A DNA stretch of 50,671 bases from an uncultured Planctomycetia bacterium (lineage in GTDB: Bacteria > Omnitrophota > Gorgyraeia > 2-01-FULL-45-10). Location: the NCBI GenBank assembly GCA_964433975.1, contig CAYSSS010000004.1, forward strand, positions 1 through 50,671. Direction: 5' to 3'. Under the pieces are notes generated by a model. That model had not been told where the DNA came from and searched no databases. It saw only the letters and a list, made by a program, of their open reading frames with translations. Below, in pieces: positions 27,578 through 37,464 of this stretch. Both the position numbers and the translations under genes were made by a program. Within the stretch, counting starts at the first letter, position 1. Every line of letters begins with the position of its first letter.

Positions 27578-28026
27578 TACTTAAGGTACTAGCGCTATCT
27601 TCGTTGGTCGTGATAGTTGACAGGCTGACAAAGTATCTTTTATTCAGAAATCTTTCTGAGGGGAAGTCGGTCAGGGTCGTCCCCGGCCTCTTCCACATCA
27701 CTTTGGTCCTGAACAGCGGAGCAGCTTTTGGACTCTTCAAGGGCCGCAGCGTATTCTTCATGGTCTCCTCAGTTCTTGTAATAGCCCTGATATTTCTTTA
27801 TCTATGGCGCGGCTCGTGCAGAGAGATTCTGGTGATGACAGCGCTGGGTCTTATACTGGGCGGCGCGGTTGGTAATCTCATAGACAGGGTTCTATTCGGT
27901 TATGTAATAGATTTCCTCGATTTTCGAATCTGGCCGGTATTCAATATCGCGGACGCGTCCATTACAATAGGCGCTTGTATTTTAGCCATAAGGTTGATAT
28001 TCAACAAAAGATGCTGTACGACTTAG
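27574..28026 (+). CDS. lspA: Lipoprotein signal peptidase
   Basis: DRLTK, NSGAAFG, GNLIDR, VIDF, FNIAD. Confidence 0.96.
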   Translation: MILKVLALSSLVVIVDRLTKYLLFRNLSEGKSVRVVPGLFHITLVLNSGAAFGLFKGRSVFFMVSSVLVIALIFLYLWRGSCREILVMTALGLILGGAVGNLIDRVLFGYVIDFLDFRIWPVFNIADASITIGACILAIRLIFNKRCCTT

Positions 28027-29369
28027 GTTTTCTCATATTTTCCGTTATCTATCTGCCTACTCTGGTATTTAAAGGGAGGCTGCACAGGGATTTTCCCGAG
28101 AGGTTTGGCAGATACGATAAGATCAAAGAGAGGGCGCTTCTCTCCGGCAGAGATCGTATATGGATACAAGCTGTGAGCGTCGGCGAGGTGGCCCTGTGCA
28201 GAACCCTCATTCCGCTCTTGAAGGAGAGTTTCCCCCGACGCGACCTTGTGATATCTACCATAACAAAGAGCGGTAACGATCTCGCTAAAAAACTCTTTTC
28301 CAAAGATGCAATTATAATATATTTTCCGCTCGACTTCAGTTTTACGGTGAAGAGAGCCGTAAAATATATCAAACCCGGCATATATATAATGGTGGAGACA
28401 GAGATCTGGCCCAACCTGCTGAATGAGCTTTCGCTGAAATCCGTCCCTTCGATTATGATTAACGGGAGGATATCGGACCGATCGATAGGGAAGTATAGGC
28501 TGGCCAAGCCTTTTTTGAAGAATGTGATCTCAAAGATTAGAAGCCTCTGTATGCAGGATTCCATCGATGCCGATAGAGTGATCTCTCTCGGTGCCCAACC
28601 CGATAGGGTGAAGGTTACGGGAAATATGAAATTTGACGCCGAGGCACCGGCCAGTGTGGGAACGGCGGATTCTATCCGCCGGTCCTTGCGACTCGACGAA
28701 GGTGATATGCTGCTTGTGGCGGGCAGCACTCATAACGGTGAGGAAGAGATGATCGTCGAAGCTTTCAAAGAGCTTGTTACTGAGTTTCCTAAGCTTAAAT
28801 TGTTGATAGCCCCTCGCCATATCGACCGCGTCAGGGCGGTAGAAAACGTTATAAAAAGATACGAGTTCGAGCCTGTCAGGGTATCAAGACTTAACGAATC
28901 ACAAACTACGCTTCCGGCCCTAGGGGCCGATAGGCCCGGAGGGAAGAACGAACGACGAATAATGATTCTCGATACGATAGGACATCTCAACGAAGCTTAT
29001 TCGATCGCTATGCTGGTATTCGTAGGCGGCAGCCTTGTTAAGCACGGAGGGCAGAACCCCTTGGAGCCGGCCATCCTGGGCAAGGCCATCATCTTCGGCA
29101 ACCATATGTTCAACTTCAGATATATAACCAAGGTCTTGTTACAGGAAGATGGCGCAGTGCAGGTCGCCGGCAAGAAAGAGTTGACTGATGAGTTACGAAA
29201 ACTTGTCAATGATCCATCAAGAAGAGCCGATCTCGGCGAAAACGCAAAGATGGCGATCGCCAAGAACCGCGGCGCGACAAGAAGGAATTTAGAAAAGATA
29301 GGCGAAATATTAAGATGCCCCTCGACGCGTTTCACTTGCTCGGGGCATGGTGAGCGAGTCGAACCATGA
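28011..29369 (+). CDS. waaA: Kdo transferase WaaA (KdtA)
   Basis: QAVSVGE, ETEIWPN, NGRIS, GNMKFD, AGSTH, APRH, VGGSL, GGQNPLEPA. Confidence 0.95.
   Translation: MLYDLGFLIFSVIYLPTLVFKGRLHRDFPERFGRYDKIKERALLSGRDRIWIQAVSVGEVALCRTLIPLLKESFPRRDLVISTITKSGNDLAKKLFSKDAIIIYFPLDFSFTVKRAVKYIKPGIYIMVETEIWPNLLNELSLKSVPSIMINGRISDRSIGKYRLAKPFLKNVISKIRSLCMQDSIDADRVISLGAQPDRVKVTGNMKFDAEAPASVGTADSIRRSLRLDEGDMLLVAGSTHNGEEEMIVEAFKELVTEFPKLKLLIAPRHIDRVRAVENVIKRYEFEPVRVSRLNESQTTLPALGADRPGGKNERRIMILDTIGHLNEAYSIAMLVFVGGSLVKHGGQNPLEPAILGKAIIFGNHMFNFRYITKVLLQEDGAVQVAGKKELTDELRKLVNDPSRRADLGENAKMAIAKNRGATRRNLEKIGEILRCPSTRFTCSGHGERVEP
28894..28961. repeat. Heptamer array containing an in-frame 33-bp palindrome within waaA
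   Basis: ACGAATC ACAAACT ACG[CTTCCGGCCCTAGGGGCCGATAGGCCCGGAGGG]AAGA ACGAACG ACGAATA. Confidence 0.65.
29315..29367. repeat. REP-like palindrome at the waaA/lpxK junction
   Basis: ATGCCCC/GGGGCAT, TCGAC/GTCGA and TTGCTC/GAGCGA pairings. Confidence 0.7.
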
Positions 29370-30403
29370 CCGATTTTATCTATTCCTTGATGACCGACAA
29401 AAGAAAAGGCGCGATTTTTTTCCCGTTCAAATTTATACTCTATTTGATTTCGCTCGTATACGGATCAGTTATTATTGTAAGAGGCCTTCTTTATGGACTG
29501 CATATCTTCAAGAAGTATAAAGCGCCGCTTAAAGTTATAAGTGTCGGTAATGTGACCCTCGGGGGCACCGGGAAGACCCCGTTCACGATGGCGATCGCAA
29601 AGATATTGGAAGAGGAGTTAAAAAGGAGTGTATGTATTCTGATACGCGGATACGGATGGGATGAGCAAGAGATGCTTAAGCGCAATCTTGCCGATGTGCC
29701 GGTCTTGGTAGGGCAGGATAGGTCCCGGTCGTCGAACAAGGCGGTAAAGCTTTATGGCAGCGATACGGCGATACTTGATGATGGTTTTCAGCACTGGGAG
29801 CTGGCGAGAGACCTGAATATAGTTTTAGTCGACTCGCGTAATCCGTTCGGCAATGGTCACCTATTCCCGCGCGGGGTATTGCGCGAACCAAAAAAGTCCC
29901 TAAGGAGGGCAGATATCGTAGTGCTTACAAAAAATAACGGAACGGCTGTCGGTATGGATGTCATCAGAAAAGAGATGAGAGCCATCAGTAGGAACGCGAT
30001 GATCCTGGAGGCCACGCACGTGCCCAAATATCTTTATGAGGGCAGAGCTAGGAGGATCCATGAACTGTCAACGATCAGATCTAAGAGGGTTATCCTCCTT
30101 TCCAGCATAGGAGATCCCGCCTACTTCGAAGAGACGGTAAGAGGCTTGGGGGCCGATGTTATCGAGCATTTAAAATTTCCGGATCATTATGATTACAGAA
30201 AGAAGGACATAGAGAGAGTGACCGCAAGATGCGATGAACGACATTTTGATTTTGTAGTAACAACCGAAAAGGACATCGTTAAATTGAACCGTCTCGGGCT
30301 CTTTATCGGCTCGTACAAAGTCTTGACCCTGGTAGTGGAGATGCAGATACTCTCCGGGAGAGAGGGATTAATTGCTAGATTACATAGCCTCTATACTCGC
30401 TAG
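29366..30403 (+). CDS. lpxK: Tetraacyldisaccharide 4'-kinase
   Basis: SVGNVTLGGTGKTP, RGYG, LDDGFQH, PRGVLRE, FPDHY, TTEKD. Confidence 0.96.
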   Translation: MTDFIYSLMTDKRKGAIFFPFKFILYLISLVYGSVIIVRGLLYGLHIFKKYKAPLKVISVGNVTLGGTGKTPFTMAIAKILEEELKRSVCILIRGYGWDEQEMLKRNLADVPVLVGQDRSRSSNKAVKLYGSDTAILDDGFQHWELARDLNIVLVDSRNPFGNGHLFPRGVLREPKKSLRRADIVVLTKNNGTAVGMDVIRKEMRAISRNAMILEATHVPKYLYEGRARRIHELSTIRSKRVILLSSIGDPAYFEETVRGLGADVIEHLKFPDHYDYRKKDIERVTARCDERHFDFVVTTEKDIVKLNRLGLFIGSYKVLTLVVEMQILSGREGLIARLHSLYTR

Positions 30404-32315
30404 AGGGCTCAACAAGCTTTTTCATTTTATTCCTATAAAGGCCAACCTTTGGATCGGGAGGTTTTTCGGCGGGATGGCTTTTGCTTTCAACAGAAAGAGG
30501 CGGCTTATAGCCTATGCCAATCTTAAGGCCGCATTCGCCAAAGAGAAGAGTCCCGAAGAGCTGCGCGCCATTACCAAAGATGTTTACGTGAACCTTTTCC
30601 AGACATTTTCCGAGATAGTGAGCCTTACCAAGGTGAACAAAGATTACGTTAATAAGTACGTGGAAGTGGTAAATATGGAGCGTATAGAGAATGCGGCCAA
30701 GTCCGGTAGGGGCACTATGCTTCTAACCGGCCATTTCGGAGATTGGGAGCTCTCCAGCCTCGTAAGCGCCATGAAGGGCTTTCCGATAACGGTCCTGGCA
30801 CGCGAGCAGAAGATGAAACGTTTAAATGAGTTATTGAACCGCTTGAGGGAGTCGAAGGGGTGTAAGGTCGTCAGAAAGGGAATGTCGACGAAAAATATCC
30901 TGAGGGAGCTTTACAAGAAGAGTATGGTTGGAATATTATCCGACCAGGATGCGGGCAAGAAGGGAACGTTTGCGAACTTTTTCGGACGCCCCACATCCGC
31001 GCATTTAGGGCCTTTCGAGATAGCAAAGCACACGGACTCCATAATACTGCCTAACTTCATAGTGCGCGTCAACGGCCCGTTTCATAAATTATATCTAGAG
31101 GATTACATCGATGTCAGGCATTCTATGGGCAGGGAGGGTTTGGTTGACGGCCTACAGAGGTATATGATGCTTCTGGAAAAATATATACGGAAGTATCCGG
31201 CACAGTGGCTGTGGCTGCACAAAAGATGGAAGTCTACGCCCAAGAGGACGGTCCTCATCCTCAATGACGGAAAGGCCGGACATCTCAATCAATCGCTTGC
31301 GGTTGCGCGCCAGATACAGAGGGCCAGGACAACCCAAAATTACGGGCTGAGCGATACCAATATAGTCGTTGCGGAAGTAAGGTATAGGAACAAATTTTTT
31401 AGGGCTCTCTTGACGTTTGCATCAATATTTGCCTCATGGAGATGTCACGGCCGCATGAGCTTTATGAAGATCTGCCTTGAGAGAGATTCTTACGAAAAGC
31501 TCATGAAGAGTTACGCCGAGTTTATAGTCTCTTGCGGCTCGAGCCTGGCACCCGTTAATATCTTCATGTCCAAGGAGAATAATGCAAGAAATATAGTCGT
31601 GATGGATCCGGCCATTCCATTCGCCCTGAAGAAGTTCAGTTTTGTCATAGCGCCGAAACACGACAGCATAAAAAAGGGCAAAAATATAATTACCACAACA
31701 CTTGCGCCGAACCTCGTGAACGCGGAATCGTTGCGACTTTCTGGGGAAGATCTTAAAAAGAACCTGAGAATCGAAAAAGATAAGATGCTGGGCCTTTTAA
31801 TCGGCGGGGACAATCCCGAATTTGAGCTTTCAGATAACCTGCTGCGGGAGGTCCTGGCCGACACGCTTAAGATATGCGAAGCTAATGATGCCGAGTTGCT
31901 TGTTACGACCTCAAGGCGTACAAATAGATCTCAGGAGTCTATAATTAAGGCTGCGTTGCAGAAAAATCCGAGATGCAGGCTCCTTGTGATCGCTAATGAA
32001 AATAACCCGGAAGGAACCCTCTCCGGGATTTTAGCATTGGGTAATGTCGTTATTGTTTCCGGCGAATCGATATCGATGATCTCAGAGGCAATAAGCTCGG
32101 GAAAGAAGACGGTGGTATTTAACCTTGAGAAGAAAAGAAGCGGCATAACTAAGCATGAGCTTGCATTGGAAAATCTCGTGAAAGAAGGTCACGTCTCCAT
32201 AGCCAGAAGAGGAGAGCTCATATCTCTGGTGGGACGTGCGCTCAAAGACGCCTCTCCCTCGAAGAAGATCTGTGATACGGACAGGATCTACGAGGCGATG
32301 CGCGCTTTGATCTAA
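30372..32315 (+). CDS. Fusion of a lipid A acyltransferase (LpxL/HtrB family) and an ELM1/GtrOC1-like putative glycosyltransferase
   Basis: N-half has HFGDWE, DQD, FFG and QWLWLHKRWK. C-half has DGKAGHLNQS, LLIGG, TTSRRT and ESISMISEA. Confidence 0.85.
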   Translation: MLDYIASILARGLNKLFHFIPIKANLWIGRFFGGMAFAFNRKRRLIAYANLKAAFAKEKSPEELRAITKDVYVNLFQTFSEIVSLTKVNKDYVNKYVEVVNMERIENAAKSGRGTMLLTGHFGDWELSSLVSAMKGFPITVLAREQKMKRLNELLNRLRESKGCKVVRKGMSTKNILRELYKKSMVGILSDQDAGKKGTFANFFGRPTSAHLGPFEIAKHTDSIILPNFIVRVNGPFHKLYLEDYIDVRHSMGREGLVDGLQRYMMLLEKYIRKYPAQWLWLHKRWKSTPKRTVLILNDGKAGHLNQSLAVARQIQRARTTQNYGLSDTNIVVAEVRYRNKFFRALLTFASIFASWRCHGRMSFMKICLERDSYEKLMKSYAEFIVSCGSSLAPVNIFMSKENNARNIVVMDPAIPFALKKFSFVIAPKHDSIKKGKNIITTTLAPNLVNAESLRLSGEDLKKNLRIEKDKMLGLLIGGDNPEFELSDNLLREVLADTLKICEANDAELLVTTSRRTNRSQESIIKAALQKNPRCRLLVIANENNPEGTLSGILALGNVVIVSGESISMISEAISSGKKTVVFNLEKKRSGITKHELALENLVKEGHVSIARRGELISLVGRALKDASPSKKICDTDRIYEAMRALI

Positions 32316-32390
32316 TCAGGTTAGTCTAATCAGATTAGTCTAGATTAGTCTAATCAGGTTAGTCTAATCAGATTAGTCTAATCTGATTAG
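32311..32390. repeat. Tandem 14-bp self-complementary repeat
   Basis: Five full units TCTAATC(AGG/AGA/TGA)TTAG plus one 10-bp truncated unit. Confidence 0.9.
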
Positions 32391-32440
32391 GGTTACGGGG
32401 TTGCGGAGATGCGGGGCTAGAGCGAACACAGGTATAACTC

Positions 32441-34543
32441 ATGAATATATTGCAGATATTACCGTCACTGGATGTGGGAGGGGTCGAGACTGGGACGATC
32501 GACCTGGCGAGATACCTTGTGCAAAAAGGGCATAAGGCGGTCGTTATCTCGTCCGGCGGCAGGCTCGTAAGAGAGCTCGACAAGATCGGCGCGCGCCACT
32601 ACACATTGCCTGTAGGTAAGAAATCCGTTGTCAGCGTTATAAAGATGATCGGGCGGGTCTGCGATATTATACGCAACGAGGATGTCGACATCGTGCATGT
32701 CCGTTCGCGTGTCCCGGCCCTTATAGCTTACGTGGCATGCAAGATCACGAACCGGGTATTCTTAACGACCGCTCACGGATACTATAAGAAACATCTACTG
32801 AGTAAAATAATGGCCTGGGGAAGGTTCGTAATAGTGCCGTCGAACATGATAGCCAGGCATATGGTAGCAGAATTCGGCGTACCGCATGACAGGATCCGTT
32901 TCATACCGCGCGGCGTTGATCTCTCAAGATTTAAGTTCAGGGCCCCAGGAACGCATCAATCAAAAGGATTTACCGTAGGGATGGTATCGAGGATAACGCC
33001 GCTAAAAGGGCATTCTTTCTTTATAAAAGCCGTATCTCTCCTGCGCAAAAATATTCCCGGCTTGAAAGTCATGATAGTCGGCACCGCTGCCAAGGATAAA
33101 TATATGGCCGACCTTGAAATGCTTACCAGGAGGTTCGGCCTGACTAGAATCGTGGAGTTTTTGAGCGCCCGGGATGACGTCTCTTTGATAATGCATCAGC
33201 TCGATTGCCTGGTATCGGCTACAATAACCCCAGAAGCTTTCGGCAGAGTTATCGTAGAAGCGCAGGCATCGGGAGTCGCAGTGGTATCGACAAGGGTTGG
33301 AGGGGTTGTTGACATAATAGAGGACGAAAAGAACGGTCTCTTCTGTAACGCCCAGGACCCGCAAGATATGGCCGACAAAATACTCAAGCTCTACCGGGAT
33401 AAGGATCTCCGTAACAAGCTGGTTATAGACGCCAGGAAAAGGGTCGAGGAGAATTTCGGTCTCGATACGATGATGACTAAGACCCTTTCCGTATACACAG
33501 AGGCTTTGAAGGCGGTAAATATACTCGTAATAAAGGTGAGCGCTATAGGAGACGTGATATTGAGCGTCCCTTCGTTAAAGGCGATAAGAGATAAATTCAA
33601 AGACGCGGATATCAGGGTGCTGGTAGGTCTGCAGGCCCGGGATGTGCTGGACGGCTGCCCTTATATAAACGGCAAGATAGTATGCGATTTTACGGGCAGG
33701 GATAAAGGGCTATCAGGCCTTTGGAAGCTCGGAGAGGACCTCAGGAAGCGCTGTTTCGATATAGCGATAGACCTCCAGAACAATAAGAAGAGCCATATAC
33801 TCTCTTTCTTGAGCATGGCTCCGCTAAGATACGGATACAACAACGGCAAGTACTCGTTTCTTCTGAATAACGGCATCAGGGATGACGCGCCGTACCTGGA
33901 CCCGTTGGAGCATCAATTCAGGGTGCTGAAGTCCGCGGGCATAAAGCCGGTTGACAAGCGACTGGAGCTTTGGCCTTCGCCCTCGGACTCCGAGAGGATA
34001 GATGCCCTTTTCCAGGAGAACTGGATCAAGCCCTCTCAGGCCCTGGCAGGCATAAATGTGAGGGCGTCGTCGCGTTGGAATTCGAAGAACTGGCCGCCAA
34101 AACGCATAGCCGAGCTGTGTGACAGGCTTGCGAAGGAGTTCAATATGCGCGTGGTACTTACCGGAACGAAAGAAGACGCGCTCTTTACAGAAAAGATAAA
34201 AGGCCTGACATCATCAAAGCCGGTTGTGGCGGCTGGAAGGACGGCCGTAATGGAGCTGGCAAGCCTCATAAAGAGGTGTAAGGTATATATAACACCCGAT
34301 TCGGCTCCCATGCATATAGCATCGGCGCTTGGTACGCCTTACATTGCGCTATTCGGTCCGACCGACCCTGCGAGACACGTAGTGCCTTCGGAAGACCACG
34401 TCGTTATAAAAAAGGACCTGAAATGCAGCCCGTGCTACAATCCCAACTGCTCGAAAGGATTCAAGTGTATGAGCGGTATAGAAGTTGAAGAGGTATTCGC
34501 CGCCGTAAAGAAAATTTTGTCAAAGAGCGAAGGGCCGTCATGA
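32441..34543 (+). CDS. GT4 glycosyltransferase fused to a GT9 heptosyltransferase-like domain
   Basis: N-half has GGVE and EAFGRVIVEA (GT4). C-half has SAIGDV, KNWP, DSAPMHIA, ALFGPT and a Cys-rich tail (GT9). Confidence 0.9.
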   Translation: MNILQILPSLDVGGVETGTIDLARYLVQKGHKAVVISSGGRLVRELDKIGARHYTLPVGKKSVVSVIKMIGRVCDIIRNEDVDIVHVRSRVPALIAYVACKITNRVFLTTAHGYYKKHLLSKIMAWGRFVIVPSNMIARHMVAEFGVPHDRIRFIPRGVDLSRFKFRAPGTHQSKGFTVGMVSRITPLKGHSFFIKAVSLLRKNIPGLKVMIVGTAAKDKYMADLEMLTRRFGLTRIVEFLSARDDVSLIMHQLDCLVSATITPEAFGRVIVEAQASGVAVVSTRVGGVVDIIEDEKNGLFCNAQDPQDMADKILKLYRDKDLRNKLVIDARKRVEENFGLDTMMTKTLSVYTEALKAVNILVIKVSAIGDVILSVPSLKAIRDKFKDADIRVLVGLQARDVLDGCPYINGKIVCDFTGRDKGLSGLWKLGEDLRKRCFDIAIDLQNNKKSHILSFLSMAPLRYGYNNGKYSFLLNNGIRDDAPYLDPLEHQFRVLKSAGIKPVDKRLELWPSPSDSERIDALFQENWIKPSQALAGINVRASSRWNSKNWPPKRIAELCDRLAKEFNMRVVLTGTKEDALFTEKIKGLTSSKPVVAAGRTAVMELASLIKRCKVYITPDSAPMHIASALGTPYIALFGPTDPARHVVPSEDHVVIKKDLKCSPCYNPNCSKGFKCMSGIEVEEVFAAVKKILSKSEGPS

Positions 34544-35649
34544 GAGTACTTCACGTAAATACTCATATGGATATAGGAGGAATAGGGCAGTACATAGTGT
34601 CACTTACAAAGGCGCTGAAGCAAAAGAGGGTAGAATGTTTTGTCGCTTCAAGCGGAGGTGAGCTTGAGGCCGAACTTGTCAGGCTAGATATAAGGCACAC
34701 CCGCCTGGATATGAAGACGAAATTCGAATTCGGACCGAAGGTATTCCATTCGGCGTCACGGCTGGCTCGGATCATAGAAAATAACAATATAGACCTGATC
34801 CACGCGCACACAAGGGTTTCACAGGTCGCGTCATATCTTGCGTCGCGGCGCACCGACATCCCGTACATAGCCACTTGCCACGGATATTTTAACGCGAAGC
34901 TTTCCAGGAGATTGTTCGATACCTGGGGAGTGAAGATCGTAGCTATAAGCGAGGCTGTCAGGGCCCATTTGGAAAAAGACTTTAATGTGGATCCTAAGAG
35001 AATAGAAGTGATATATAACGGTATCGATCTAAACAGGTTTTCGAATATCTATTCCAAGGATCAAATAGCGAGAGCGAAAAGGTCTCTGGGTATTCAGCGT
35101 GGAGACGTAGTTGGGACCATGGGACGTCTCTCTTCGGTAAAGGGGCAGAAATTTCTTATAGAGGCCATGAAAGAGGTCGTCTCCAGATCGAAGGAGACAA
35201 GGTGCCTGATCATAGGAAGCGGCCGTGAAGAGGCGGCCTTGATAGATCTCTCCAGGTCGCTCGGCCTGGAGGACCGTGTCATCTTTACCGGTGCTGCGTA
35301 TATGGATATACCGCTCTATCTGGCCTGCATGGATATATTTGTGCTGCCTTCTATAGAAGAGGGGTTGGGGCTTGCCCTTCTTGAGGCGATGAGCCTCGGC
35401 AGACCCTGCGTGGCATCAGCTACGGGCGGGATAAGAGATATTGTAAATGACGGAGTCAACGGCATTCTTACGCCGGTAGGAGATAGCGGCGCAATAGCGA
35501 AAGCCATTCTGAAGATATTGAGCGACAAGGATCTTGCAAAAAATATGTCGAAGAGCTCAAAGGATTTTGTAAGGGGGAGATTTTCCATCGAAACCATGGC
35601 AGATAGTATGATAGATCTCTACAAAAGGGTGATCAGTGCGAAACGTTAA
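34540..35649 (+). CDS. GT4 glycosyltransferase
   Basis: GRLSSVKGQ, EGLGLALLEAM. Confidence 0.92.
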   Translation: MRVLHVNTHMDIGGIGQYIVSLTKALKQKRVECFVASSGGELEAELVRLDIRHTRLDMKTKFEFGPKVFHSASRLARIIENNNIDLIHAHTRVSQVASYLASRRTDIPYIATCHGYFNAKLSRRLFDTWGVKIVAISEAVRAHLEKDFNVDPKRIEVIYNGIDLNRFSNIYSKDQIARAKRSLGIQRGDVVGTMGRLSSVKGQKFLIEAMKEVVSRSKETRCLIIGSGREEAALIDLSRSLGLEDRVIFTGAAYMDIPLYLACMDIFVLPSIEEGLGLALLEAMSLGRPCVASATGGIRDIVNDGVNGILTPVGDSGAIAKAILKILSDKDLAKNMSKSSKDFVRGRFSIETMADSMIDLYKRVISAKR

Positions 35650-36424
35650 GAAGGGGCTTCTTTTATCCGGCGCAGCCATTCTCTTAGTACTTATATCGCT
35701 CGTTTACTACGTAGGTCTGAGCTCGAGTTCGGTCGTGCCGGTATTGATGTACCATTCCTTCCAAGCTGAAGAAGATAAGTTGATACCCTATGTGTCGCCC
35801 GATATATTCGCCCATCAGATGAAATTTCTGGCAAAGCATCATTACAACGTCGTGGGGCCCGATAAGGTTATCGCCTACATGACAGGAATTGAGAAGATGC
35901 CGGCAAAGACCGTAATCATCACCGCGGATGACGGGTACTATAATTTTTATTCGAACGCTTATCCGGTATTGAAAAAGTATAACCTGCCGGCGACATTTTT
36001 TATAGTTACAAACAGGATAGGAGAGAAAGGCTATTTGGGCTGGAAAGAACTAAGCGAGATGTCGGATTCCGGCCTTATAACTATAGGCAGCCATACAAAA
36101 TCACATCCCTGGATACCTTCTGTATCCATAAATGACCGGAAGCTTTGGGACGAGCTGGCAGGTTCCAAAGAGGTCCTGGAAAAAGGATTGGGTAAGAGGG
36201 TAGATTTTATATGCTATCCGAACGGCGGTTTTAACGATCTGGCCAAAGAGACTGCAAAGAGAGCCGGTTATAAAGGGGCCTTTACGACCAACCCGGTTCG
36301 GAAGAGCGGCATAAACGATATCTACGCCATAAGGCGTATAAAGATGTCTTCATCATCCGTAAGTCCGATCATCCTTTGGGGCAAGATATCCAGGTGGTAT
36401 GCATGGTTCAAGGAGCGCAGATGA
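35636..36424 (+). CDS. Polysaccharide deacetylase (NodB/CE4), membrane-anchored
   Basis: PVLMYH, TADDGY, GSHTKSH, YPNG, and an N-terminal TM. Confidence 0.9.
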   Translation: MRNVKKGLLLSGAAILLVLISLVYYVGLSSSSVVPVLMYHSFQAEEDKLIPYVSPDIFAHQMKFLAKHHYNVVGPDKVIAYMTGIEKMPAKTVIITADDGYYNFYSNAYPVLKKYNLPATFFIVTNRIGEKGYLGWKELSEMSDSGLITIGSHTKSHPWIPSVSINDRKLWDELAGSKEVLEKGLGKRVDFICYPNGGFNDLAKETAKRAGYKGAFTTNPVRKSGINDIYAIRRIKMSSSSVSPIILWGKISRWYAWFKERR

Positions 36425-37464
36425 TAAGTAGTTCAGACCGCGGGAAGAGGATACTCATAGTAAATGTGAACTGGATAGGGGACGTGATATTCTCCACGCC
36501 ATTTATCAAAGCTGTTCGCGACGCTTATCCGGACGGTTATATAGCCTGTCTTCTGCATCCAAGGTGTGTGGAGATCCTTAAGGGAAGCCCGCGAATAGAC
36601 GAGATCATCGTTTATGACGAAGAAGGGGAGCATAAAGGCATTATCGGAAAGCTGATGCTCATATCGTATTTACGCAAGATTCACTTTGACATAGCATTTG
36701 TGCTACACAGGTCTTTTACCAAGGCGCTACTGACCTTCCTGGCAGGGGTAAAGGAGAGGATAGGTTATCCTACCAAGAATAGAGGTCCTCTGCTCACCAG
36801 AACCATAGACCTGCCCGAAGATGAAGTCCACAAGGTGGAATATTTTTTAGGCCTTGCCAGGGGTTACGGCATAAGAGTGCGCGAAAATTCTTATGAGTTC
36901 TTTGTTGAGGATGCCGACAGAGAGAGCGTGAAGAAGTTTTTGAAAGGGCACGGCGTGGCGGACAGTGACAAGATTGTAGTTCTATGCCCTGGCGGCAATT
37001 GGGCCCCGAAGAGATGGCCCAAGACCAATTTCGCCAGACTCGCTGATATGCTCGCCGAAAAGACAAGCGCAAAGATAATTCTGTCGGGAGCGAAGAAAGA
37101 CGCTCTGTTGGTAGAAGAGATCAGGCTCATGATGAATAGCATTCCGGTAATTTCGTGCGGCATGACGACGCTCAAGGAACTTGCGGCGATGCTGGAGAGG
37201 GCGGATCTGGTAGTTGCCAATGATTCAGGCCCGATGCACCTGGCCGTGGCTATGAAATCCCGTGTTATAGCTTTGTTCGGTCCTACATCGCCCACGCTGA
37301 CCGGACCGTACGGGAAAGGTAATTACAGGGTAATATGTAAGACCAAAGAGTGCGATGTTCCTTGTTATGATGTTACGTGCACCGACAACCGCTGCATGGC
37401 GCTCATAACGGTTCGGGATGTCTTTGACGAAGCCGAAAGGGTTCTAAATGCCGGTAATAGATAA
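36421..37464 (+). CDS. waaF: LPS heptosyltransferase II-like (GT9)
   Basis: NWIGDV, PKRWP, NDSGPMHLA, ALFGPT. Confidence 0.82.
   Translation: MISSSDRGKRILIVNVNWIGDVIFSTPFIKAVRDAYPDGYIACLLHPRCVEILKGSPRIDEIIVYDEEGEHKGIIGKLMLISYLRKIHFDIAFVLHRSFTKALLTFLAGVKERIGYPTKNRGPLLTRTIDLPEDEVHKVEYFLGLARGYGIRVRENSYEFFVEDADRESVKKFLKGHGVADSDKIVVLCPGGNWAPKRWPKTNFARLADMLAEKTSAKIILSGAKKDALLVEEIRLMMNSIPVISCGMTTLKELAAMLERADLVVANDSGPMHLAVAMKSRVIALFGPTSPTLTGPYGKGNYRVICKTKECDVPCYDVTCTDNRCMALITVRDVFDEAERVLNAGNR

Noticed and set aside
32311-32390. Possible CRISPR array
   Set aside because: Units are only 14 bp and contiguous, with no spacers and no cas genes nearby.
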